Shown here: positions 56,824-63,877 of the stretch, piece after piece
Position numbering within the stretch: the first letter of the stretch is position 1
How the letters are laid out: the number at the start of each line of letters is the position of its first letter
Program-made: the position numbers and the translations under genes
The notes under the pieces: generated by a model
Seen by the model: the letters and a program-made list of their open reading frames with translations, nothing else
Database searches by the model: none
What the model was told of the DNA's origin: nothing
Virus record (IMG/VR): IMGVR_UViG_3300009001_000006
Span: 49,833 to 113,832 of that record
DNA from: a virus
Length of the DNA: 64,000 bases
Reading direction: 5' to 3' (one strand)

Positions 56824-57165
56824 TTAATTGCTATAAGCTGTGGCTAGCCTATAATTGCTTACTACTTCTTCTGATAAAAGTTTAGAAAAAATATGGGGGA
56901 AAGCAAAACCATCGTCACGAACCTGGTCTTTGAGCATAAAACATACACCATAATTCATGTTATAAAAACTATCTCTATAGGAATCTGGAGGAGGTAGGTA
57001 TGTTAAACTATCTCTATAGCCATCATAGTATCTATACGCTCGATTATTCTTATATGTCTTTGGTAAAGAATCTTGAGCATTATAGGTGTTTCGACAATTA
57101 AAGTTCATTCCTGCTCTATCATTTTTCTTGATATATCCACCATATCTATAATAAATCATATACAA
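56824..57165 (-). CDS. small partner protein (113 aa), paralogue of 58228-58569
   Basis: IYYRYG..IKKNDR..NFN...DSLP..Y...YRLATAY. Confidence 0.75.
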   Translation of the reverse strand: MYMIYYRYGGYIKKNDRAGMNFNCRNTYNAQDSLPKTYKNNRAYRYYDGYRDSLTYLPPPDSYRDSFYNMNYGVCFMLKDQVRDDGFAFPHIFSKLLSEEVVSNYRLATAYSN

Positions 57166-57173
57166 CTTTCTTA

Positions 57174-57215
57174 TTAATGTTTAAAGGCATTTATTATTAT
57201 TGGTCTATTATTCAT
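57174..57215 (-). pseudogene. 13-codon remnant (MNNRPIIINAFKH*) of the 55082-55921 N-terminus
   Basis: Matches MNRPVIING and sits in the equivalent position, right after a Cys-rich gene. Confidence 0.6.
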
Positions 57216-57229
57216 TCATTTAAATATAT

Positions 57230-58225
57230 TTATGGTAATAGAGATAGTCCTAAACTGCTCTTAGGAGTATAGCAGCCGCCACTACCGTCGCAAACTGCTG
57301 GAGGTATGCAAATATCTACACAGCCCCAATTGCCAGGAGATTTTTCTCTACATTCTTGACAACTGCTTGTAACCTCTAATGCACCAAATGACTGAGAATT
57401 AGGTGTACAATCAGCACACATAGGCACACATTTACATTTATCAGGATCAAGCTTTGTCTGACCAAAGCAAGTAACAGTACATTCGCAACCCTTACAATTA
57501 GCCTTAAGACTAGGCTCTGCTTCGGTACACATTTGATATCCGTCTATCAGTTGTGTCATTGATATTCCTGCTGGATTATAAGGCAAAAACATACAAACAC
57601 AATTACCCTTAGTTCCTGTAGTAGGATTTCCACCTACACAAATATTATTGTCTAAATTTCTACATATATTTTTGCATTTTTTTCTTCTGCCTACTTTTGT
57701 ACACTCTTCACATACTCCGCAAGGAGTGTCGCAACAAACACATCTAGGCATCTTGGGGTTGCTAGTATCACATTCACAATTAGATGCACCAGGATTTTGA
57801 GCTGCGCAATCCTGCCAAACCTCTCTGGGGTTAGGAAAAAGAAATAGTACACACTTATCGCAAGGACTGCCCGGAGAAGGTTTATCTATTATTTTTTTAT
57901 CTGACCAAATATACGATATGCCATATTTTGTTTGTAGAGTTTTTCTTTCACCTGGTATGCATTTCTTACAAGGTTCGTCGAATTCGGTTGTAACCTGTAA
58001 TGGCAACATACCATCAGGAGCAGCTACAACTTCACACTCTTCGCATCTTTGTTGGTCAGAAAAACTTTTAAAAACATAAGTAGCGGAACCTCGCTGCATT
58101 AACTTGAAGCAAGTACCGCAATTACCTTCCTCACCTGCACTCATACAATAACCATTATTTACCTCACAACCATATTGAACCCCATCTCTTGGTCCACCTG
58201 GTGGCACTCTACTTACACATGGCAT
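57230..58225 (-). CDS. Cys-rich protein, paralogue of 55931-56800
   Basis: PCKKC, PCDKCV, CEEC...KKCKNIC, GNCVC, KLDPDKCKCV; ends YTPKSSLGLSLLP. Confidence 0.85.
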   Translation of the reverse strand: MPCVSRVPPGGPRDGVQYGCEVNNGYCMSAGEEGNCGTCFKLMQRGSATYVFKSFSDQQRCEECEVVAAPDGMLPLQVTTEFDEPCKKCIPGERKTLQTKYGISYIWSDKKIIDKPSPGSPCDKCVLFLFPNPREVWQDCAAQNPGASNCECDTSNPKMPRCVCCDTPCGVCEECTKVGRRKKCKNICRNLDNNICVGGNPTTGTKGNCVCMFLPYNPAGISMTQLIDGYQMCTEAEPSLKANCKGCECTVTCFGQTKLDPDKCKCVPMCADCTPNSQSFGALEVTSSCQECREKSPGNWGCVDICIPPAVCDGSGGCYTPKSSLGLSLLP

Positions 58226-58227
58226 AA

Positions 58228-58569
58228 TTATCTTCCTCCTTTATATACAGCTGTTAGTCTACTATGTCCTACGGCACTACCACTATGTGGACTAACAACC
58301 GGAGGAAAACTAATCATATGAGGTTTGTTTTTATCTATTAGGTGATTTCTTGTTAGTCCCGAAGTAAAATTTATATGGTCACTAGGAACTTGGTCAACAT
58401 AATCAGGAAAACTATTATCATTACTATATTGATCTGGTAAGCTAGAATCAATTTCAGGATATAAAACATCACCATCATCATTTTCGGCAAATGTTTCGTT
58501 TGAGGCAAAATTGAAATTTCTATTAGATTTAGAAATTCTTGAGCCATAAGATACGTATATACTATTCAT
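58228..58569 (-). CDS. small partner protein (113 aa)
   Basis: IYVSYG.RISKSNRNFN...SSLPDQY...HSRLTAVY. Confidence 0.75.
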   Translation of the reverse strand: MNSIYVSYGSRISKSNRNFNFASNETFAENDDGDVLYPEIDSSLPDQYSNDNSFPDYVDQVPSDHINFTSGLTRNHLIDKNKPHMISFPPVVSPHSGSAVGHSRLTAVYKGGR

Positions 58570-58615
58570 AATAAGCCTGTAGTTTGTGGTTGTGTTCTGC
58601 TTTGTCTATTATAGG

Positions 58616-58623
58616 TATACACT
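58616..58623 (-). promoter_or_regulatory. putative late promoter motif AGTGTATA heading the Cys-rich array
   Basis: 47 nt upstream of the start at 58569. Confidence 0.6.
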
Positions 58624-58645
58624 ATTTTTATACAAAAGGGCGTTG

Positions 58646-60103
58646 ATGATGACTAAGCAAATATTAACTATGGACCAGGTGGAAAAATATGAAAAAATCT
58701 ATTTTGGGTCAAAAGAAAAGATTAGTGGGATTTACGGAATTGTTTTTTATAGAAATGATGTTAATGGTGTGAAAATTTATATTGGAAATAGTATTGATAT
58801 TATAGCTAGATGTAAAGAACATGTTAGGAATTTGACTGGTACTTCTGGACGGAAAATTAATAAAACTTCGAAAAAGTTAATACAGTGTTATAAGAATAAA
58901 AATTATAAGATGGTTTTTGTGGTATTGGAACGATGTAATGAAAATGTGGTCATGAGCAAAGAACGTGAATATCAGCATAAGTGGGTGAAGCGGAATTTAT
59001 TAAATAATTGGGTGGCATCTAATATAGATGAAATTAAGCCATGGTTAGATAAATGTATTAAAAGTAAAGCCTATACAAAACATTTTAAATATAGTGAAAA
59101 GAATTTTTATAATGGTACTCCTTGTAAGGAAAGTCTTAGTGTAAGTTCAGGCGGATATGCTAGAATTCAGGTTCGTATTAATAGCAAAGACAAACATATA
59201 TTTAAGCATAGAGCAGCTTATTACGAAAAGCACAATGAATATCCAGAATTAGTTCGTCATTTATGTAATAATAGATGTTGTTATAATCCTGATCATTTAA
59301 CATCTGGAAATTATAGTGAAAATAGTTTAGATAAAAGAGGGGATTTTCCAGAAAGATTTGAAAAAGATTGGGTGAGGCTGGAAGGTGACGCAGATAAGTT
59401 AACAACATTATATGGATGGAAAAGAAATTGTACACGAAAAGGGGTTCGCATATCAGCGACAGTTTATCGATGGGAAAAGAAATTAGGATTAAGAGATAAT
59501 TATCCTGATATTTACTATAACAAAAGAGCTATGCGAACAAAGTTGTGGAGAAGAAAAGATATACAGGAATTTATACAGAATTGTGGGGATAAGTATGGAA
59601 ACAGTAATGTAAAAATAGCTAAGGCATTAAATACGGAATATGGATTAGAACTAACACCTCGGCAATTAAGCCAAATGAAAAATAAGATGAAGGGCAAATC
59701 AAGAAATAGAAAAAGAGTAAAGAATGCGGATCTGACAGGGGCGACTAGTGTGATAAAAGAATACTATCAGTCAAAGACAGATGAAGAAATTAAAGATATA
59801 TGCAATGCCAAATTAGGTACTTCATATCAAACGGGCACAATAAGAGCAATGAGATTTGATTTAAGTTTATATAAGCCTCAAATGATTCAAGACAAGGTGG
59901 GGGATTTATACAGAAGAGATGCTGTATCTAGGTGGGGGATAGAGGCGGAAAAGTTAGTGGAATATTTTGGGGAAGAGTATTCAGATGGGGAATTAGCAAA
60001 GATATGTAATAGGGAGTATGGGGAAGATATGGGGTTTGATGAGGGGGTGATTCAAGAACTAAGGCAGCTAGTAGGATCTGGGGATACTGTGGGGCAAACT
60101 TGA
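58646..60103 (+). CDS. GIY-YIG plus HNH dual-domain homing endonuclease-like protein
   Basis: SGIYGI...KIYIGNS..I.AR...H...E...E (GIY-YIG) and HRAAY...VRHLCNNRCCYNPDHL..GNYSEN (HNH). An ATG start at ~58646 is preferred. Confidence 0.85.
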   Translation: MMTKQILTMDQVEKYEKIYFGSKEKISGIYGIVFYRNDVNGVKIYIGNSIDIIARCKEHVRNLTGTSGRKINKTSKKLIQCYKNKNYKMVFVVLERCNENVVMSKEREYQHKWVKRNLLNNWVASNIDEIKPWLDKCIKSKAYTKHFKYSEKNFYNGTPCKESLSVSSGGYARIQVRINSKDKHIFKHRAAYYEKHNEYPELVRHLCNNRCCYNPDHLTSGNYSENSLDKRGDFPERFEKDWVRLEGDADKLTTLYGWKRNCTRKGVRISATVYRWEKKLGLRDNYPDIYYNKRAMRTKLWRRKDIQEFIQNCGDKYGNSNVKIAKALNTEYGLELTPRQLSQMKNKMKGKSRNRKRVKNADLTGATSVIKEYYQSKTDEEIKDICNAKLGTSYQTGTIRAMRFDLSLYKPQMIQDKVGDLYRRDAVSRWGIEAEKLVEYFGEEYSDGELAKICNREYGEDMGFDEGVIQELRQLVGSGDTVGQT

Positions 60104-60226
60104 TAGTTTAGGTATTACATTTTATATAGATAGTGCTTACTATTTTTGGACCACCCGCCCTTTTTCAGAGCAGCGAACACATACCCAAGCAAAACAAAAA
60201 AACCCCCCTATGTAGGTAGGTATATA

Positions 60227-60428
60227 TGTAAGGTATTGATAGATATAGACTTGCGTGTATGTCTGCCGACCGGCCCCCTCTTTGGTGGGGTAATAAAAGA
60301 AAAAACTTTTGGCATGATATTTGCACTAGAAAAAAATAAAAAAATTTTTCAGAAAGTACTTGACACCTGACGATACTAGGTATATACTTGAGACATAACA
60401 AGTAACCAAGAAAGAAAAGGAAAAAGAC
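60227..60428 (+). repeat. composite intergenic cassette 1
   Basis: 11-7-11 palindrome 60227-60255; CCCC-N8-GGGG 60275-60290; sigma54 motif 60309-60325 (+); TTGACA-17-TATACT 60360-60388; purine-rich leader. Confidence 0.8.
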
Positions 60429-60620
60429 ATGAAAAAGCTCATCCCCTACTTCGAAGCAAACGGCGTTCGGTACACTATCCTCAATAAGATGCGAATCTTT
60501 CTTTCGCAGAACAATCAAGTTCTTGCTGTTCAATCAGCAGATACCTTTCCTGCTAAGGTTTCACAAGATCCACTCTTGGTCCGCTTTTGGCAGAACGAAC
60601 TGAATCGAGAATATGCTTGA
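60429..60620 (+). CDS. small early-type hypothetical protein
   Basis: AAGGA RBS after the cassette 1 promoter. Confidence 0.75.
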   Translation: MKKLIPYFEANGVRYTILNKMRIFLSQNNQVLAVQSADTFPAKVSQDPLLVRFWQNELNREYA

Positions 60621-60666
60621 CCCCATATTGGAGTAGATCTATCCCCCAAAAGAATTGCTAGCCAAA

Positions 60667-60901
60667 GGTAAGTGCTTGGTAAATAAAGACTTACAAGCGA
60701 TTCGACCGGCCGGCCCCCTCTGTGGTGGGGGTGTACAAGTGTTCCACTAGCAAACGCTGTGCCAAACGAGAGCAAAATGCCAGAAAGTTTTGTCAAATTT
60801 TCTTGACATAAAAATTCCAAAATTATTGTTGACGACTAAAGATTGCTTTGGTATAATGTCGATATAAGGAATAAGGAAAAGAAAACTAAGGAGAAATAAA
60901 A
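60667..60901 (+). repeat. composite intergenic cassette 2
   Basis: Palindrome 60667-60695; CCGGCCGG; CCCC-N8-GGGG; sigma54 motif 60749-60765 (-); TGTCAA-N6-TTGACA; TTGACG-17-TATAAT 60829-60857; AAGGAG. Confidence 0.9.
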
Positions 60902-61048
60902 ATGGAAATGCAAATCCTCTACATTTCAGATTGCTGCGGTTCATATCTTGACGATTGCCATATCGAATATGGTATCTGCAACGATTGCGGTGAGCATTGT
61001 GAAGTGCTGACCGAAGAATATCCTGCTACCCCCGTTTGTGGGGGTTGA
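60902..61048 (+). CDS. 48-aa Zn-finger-like protein (SDCC...ICxxCGEHC), not in the ORF track
   Basis: MEMQILYISDCCGSYLDDCHIEYGICNDCGEHCEVLTEEYPATPVCGG*; AAGGAG RBS; paralogue of 62715-62921. Confidence 0.85.
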   Translation: MEMQILYISDCCGSYLDDCHIEYGICNDCGEHCEVLTEEYPATPVCGG

Positions 61049-61072
61049 CAACACAAAAAAATTTGCTAGACT
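61030..61072 (+). promoter_or_regulatory. mini-cassette: CCCC-N8-GGGG fused to a sigma70 promoter
   Basis: CCCCGTTTGTGGGGG then TTGACA-16-TAGACT. Confidence 0.7.
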
Positions 61073-61096
61073 TTGGATAACTAAGGAGAAAACAAA

Positions 61097-61276
61097 ATGA
61101 CGATTTACCCAAGTATGAACGACTACCGCAAGTATTTCAACACCATGACAACCGATCTTCTTTCGGTATGGGTTGAGGTTGCAGAACATAAACTGCCGAA
61201 CTATACTAGGATCGAGGAGGTCGAAACCGTAAAGGCCGCTCTAATCGTAGCCCGTCAAGTATTGTCCACCCGATAG
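61097..61276 (+). CDS. 59-aa protein (LSVWVEVAEHKLPNY family), not in the ORF track
   Basis: AAGGAG RBS; paralogue of 62059-62256. Confidence 0.85.
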   Translation: MTIYPSMNDYRKYFNTMTTDLLSVWVEVAEHKLPNYTRIEEVETVKAALIVARQVLSTR

Positions 61277-61288
61277 GAAACCGAAAGA

Positions 61289-61579
61289 ATGAATACTGAA
61301 AAACTCATGCAACAATACCCGATTCTCACTGACGCTTGGAATCAGTGTACCCTAATCTGGAAAGGTGTTGAGCAGAACGGAACGGTTCACAAGTTCAATC
61401 GAAAAGAATTGAGAAAAATTGTAAAGGCTAACCGTCGGTCGGTCGATAAGAGACTGGTGGGCGGGAATGACCACATGATTGAAAAGGTAGGAAAGCCTGG
61501 CTCCCCCGAAAGAGTGGTTGCGTTGGCTGCCCAATATGCTAGACTGAGTGAAAGCGAATCGTCACCCTTTGGAGAATGA
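61289..61579 (+). CDS. hypothetical protein
   Basis: AGGA RBS; co-oriented with its neighbours. Confidence 0.75.
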   Translation: MNTEKLMQQYPILTDAWNQCTLIWKGVEQNGTVHKFNRKELRKIVKANRRSVDKRLVGGNDHMIEKVGKPGSPERVVALAAQYARLSESESSPFGE

Positions 61580-61583
61580 TAGA

Positions 61584-61820
61584 ATGACAACCTACGAAAA
61601 AATGACAACGCGAGAACTTGACGCTTGGATCCGGGAAGGCGGGAAAGACTTGAGCGATAATGCTCAAACGTACACCCCAGCAAAGTATAGGCTGGTGGCC
61701 CATATGGTACGCTCTGCCGTTCGTGAGAGGCTGCGACGACTTCGCCATGCCGACTGGCTGGAGAAGGAATACGCTTGGGAAACTGAACGGGCGATCAGGG
61801 GTGGTACAGGGTGGAGTTGA
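61584..61820 (+). CDS. hypothetical protein (MTTYEKMTTRELDAW...)
   Basis: ATG at 61584 after GGAG; ends just before cassette 3. Confidence 0.7.
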   Translation: MTTYEKMTTRELDAWIREGGKDLSDNAQTYTPAKYRLVAHMVRSAVRERLRRLRHADWLEKEYAWETERAIRGGTGWS

Positions 61821-61841
61821 TCCCTCATTAGGGTGGGCGTT

Positions 61842-62058
61842 CGTAAGTTGTTGCTACGTAAGGACTTACGGCCTGCCCGGCCGGCCGAACCCCACTTGCG
61901 AGGGGTATTAGCAAATGCCGTGCCAAAAGCACACAAAATACCAGAAAGTTTTGTCAAATTTTCTTGACATAAAAATGCAGAAAAATCTCTTGACAATTCA
62001 AGTTTCGTATGGTAGAATGTCGATATAAGAAGTAAGAGAGAAAGAAAGAGAGAAAAAA
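61842..62058 (+). repeat. composite intergenic cassette 3
   Basis: Palindrome CGTAAGTTGTT-GCTACGT-AAGGACTTACG 61842-61870; CCCGGCCGGCCG; CCCC-N8-GGGG; sigma54 motif 61910-61926 (-); block near-identical to cassette 2; TTGACA-17-TAGAAT 61990-62018. Confidence 0.9.
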
Positions 62059-62256
62059 ATGACAACGCTACAAGCACAATACAACAGTCTTCAAGAGCAA
62101 TTCCACAAGATGAGCAATGAAATGCTCTCAGTGTGGATTGAAGTAGCAGAACACAAACTGCCAAACTATCGCCGAACCGAAGAGATGCTGTCGGTTCTCA
62201 ATGGCATCCACGCTGCCAAGAGTGTTCAACGCTATCGAGAAAATAATTGGGAGTGA
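62059..62256 (+). CDS. 65-aa protein (LSVWIEVAEHKLPNY family)
   Basis: First gene after the cassette 3 promoter. Confidence 0.85.
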   Translation: MTTLQAQYNSLQEQFHKMSNEMLSVWIEVAEHKLPNYRRTEEMLSVLNGIHAAKSVQRYRENNWE

Positions 62257-62257
62257 T

Positions 62258-62300
62258 CCCCCAGCGGCGGGGTTGACAAACAGAAAATCTTTGGTATAAT
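62258..62300 (+). promoter_or_regulatory. mini-cassette: C-tract/G-tract box fused to a sigma70 promoter
   Basis: CCCCCAGCGGCGGGG then TTGACA-16-TATAAT (62273-62300) with extended TG. Confidence 0.75.
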
Positions 62301-62319
62301 GTCTGAAAAGAAAGAGAGA

Positions 62320-62520
62320 ATGAGAATGAGAAAGCCTAGTTTCAAGACCGTTGAGAAGAATCTGGTACAGTATGCTAGAAAGATGGATTGCGAAATCGTC
62401 AAACACCACGACGGTTCCTATTCACTGTACGATCGTAAAATGGATTATGTATCCATTACCAAAGCAACTCGACAGCGTGTTGCAAACGAAGTTTACTATT
62501 GGATGAGTGCTAGTAAGTAA
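62320..62520 (+). CDS. hypothetical protein
   Basis: Start downstream of the -10 box (ATG at 62320 or 62326). Confidence 0.7.
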   Translation: MRMRKPSFKTVEKNLVQYARKMDCEIVKHHDGSYSLYDRKMDYVSITKATRQRVANEVYYWMSASK

Positions 62521-62541
62521 GTAAGAGAGAGAGTGAAAGAG

Positions 62542-62718
62542 ATGAGTAAGTATCAAATGTTCAGTACCTATCGTCGCTATGCTGGCGGTTATTTTGAATG
62601 CTACAAGAAAGATGAGTATCTTGGCAACGTGTACGCTAGTACAGAGAAGGCTGCAAGGTATAAAGCCTTCAAGTTGTTTGGTGTTTGGTGCAATGTTTAT
62701 TGGCAAGATGGAGAATGA
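62542..62718 (+). CDS. hypothetical protein
   Basis: MSKYQMFSTY...YLGNVYASTEKAARYKAFKLFG. Confidence 0.7.
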   Translation: MSKYQMFSTYRRYAGGYFECYKKDEYLGNVYASTEKAARYKAFKLFGVWCNVYWQDGE

Positions 62719-62921
62719 AAATGGGAATGATGATTCAAAGCGACTGTTGCAACGAGCCAATGAGTGGCTCACAAATTGACCACGAAATTTGCCCAAAGTG
62801 TGGCGAACACTGCACCGTGGTGTTTGATCGTAGCGAAGAACGAATTGTTAGTTTTGCCCAACAGCGTCGTGCTGAACGGCTTAGGAAATGGAGCAAGAAT
62901 GAAAATGAAAACAGGCTATAA
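62715..62921 (+). CDS. Zn-finger-like protein (SDCC...ICPKCGEHC)
   Basis: ATGA overlap with the previous gene; paralogue of 60902-61048. Confidence 0.8.
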   Translation: MKMGMMIQSDCCNEPMSGSQIDHEICPKCGEHCTVVFDRSEERIVSFAQQRRAERLRKWSKNENENRL

Positions 62922-63129
62922 TAATTTTGAAGAAGCAATGATTTCTATGCTAACAAAAAAACAAAAAGAAAAACTATTAGATATAGCAAGGAATACTAAT
63001 ATAGGTACGGAATACTCAGAACAGTTTGGGGGAATAGCATTAGCCTGTTTGGCTGGAAAGATTGAAAAAAGTTTGACAGGTAAGAATGGAACAAACTGGT
63101 TTGAAGTTCTTTCGGAGAATAGAAAATGA
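62899..63129 (+). CDS. hypothetical protein
   Basis: GGAG RBS before MKMKTGYNNF. Confidence 0.6.
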   Translation: MKMKTGYNNFEEAMISMLTKKQKEKLLDIARNTNIGTEYSEQFGGIALACLAGKIEKSLTGKNGTNWFEVLSENRK

Positions 63130-63215
63130 AAAGTAAACTTAACAATGACGGCCTGGCTGTTATGCTCTTTCTTATGGTGTGTGTTGTGGTAATATTTATA
63201 GAAAGATTGGTGTAA
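63126..63215 (+). CDS. 29-aa single-TM peptide
   Basis: MKSKLNNDGLAVMLFLMVCVVVIFIERLV*; ATGA overlap; GGAG upstream. Confidence 0.55.
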   Translation: MKSKLNNDGLAVMLFLMVCVVVIFIERLV

Positions 63216-63222
63216 GGAATAG

Positions 63223-63398
63223 CCCCCTCTTTGGTGGGGCCCGGCCGGCCGAGTCGGCCATAAGTCCTTACGCCCCAACGACTTACGATCGCAGAGCAAA
63301 TGCTGTGCCAAAAAAGAAAATAATTTTTTCTAGATTTTTCTCTTGACATTCAAGTTTGCTGTGGTAGAATTCCGATATAGAAAGTAAGGAGAACAAAA
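63223..63398 (+). repeat. composite intergenic cassette 4 (left part inverted relative to cassette 3)
   Basis: CCCC-N8-GGGG, CCCGGCCGGCCG, palindrome 63259-63287 in reverse orientation, sigma54 motif 63295-63311 (-), TTGACA-16-TAGAAT 63343-63370, AAGGAG. Confidence 0.9.
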
Positions 63399-63704
63399 AT
63401 GAAAGCACACAACCCACGAATCATTTGCCGCGACGGCTTCTCAATCAGTGTTCAGGCCCGTGAGACTGCATACTGCACACCACGAAGCGACCACGGCCCA
63501 TACTCGCATGTAGAGTGTGGATACCCTAGCGAGGTTCCAAAAAGTTGGAGATTCCGGGAATTCTCGGAAGCCGCCCAATTTGGCAAGGGTTAGCCAAAGG
63601 ATGAAGAATACACCGACACGGTATATCCGTATGTTCCTGTTCATCTGGTTCGGCATGAGTTGGATCTGCACGGTGGAATTGTTGAAGGAAGGTTGCCAGA
63701 ATAG
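63399..63704 (+). pseudogene. conserved small phage gene (DGFSISVQA...TVYPYVP...HGG) interrupted by an in-frame TAG at 63591-63593
   Basis: The frame continues past the TAG as PKDEEYTDTVYPYVPVHLVRHELDLHGGIVEGRLPE*. Confidence 0.7.
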
Positions 63705-63715
63705 GAGAGATTGAA

Positions 63716-63865
63716 ATGGCTTGTATACAGACTATTTATGAAATTCGGATTCGTGATCCGCTCAGTGGTGACGAGCGAGTGATTAGTAATGGAACTTGTT
63801 TCCCTGTCACGACAGAGTGGCAATGGTTGATTGATGCCGGTTTTGCGGTTTGGTACTATGTTTAG
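63716..63865 (+). CDS. 49-aa hypothetical protein
   Basis: AGGAG RBS; MACIQTIYEIRIRDPLSGDERV... Confidence 0.65.
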   Translation: MACIQTIYEIRIRDPLSGDERVISNGTCFPVTTEWQWLIDAGFAVWYYV

Positions 63866-63877
63866 GGGGATTGTAAT

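Noticed and set aside
60227-63398. CRISPR array
   Set aside because: The repeats are long, composite, degenerate and separated by 0.2-1.2 kb of coding genes; no cas genes are seen.
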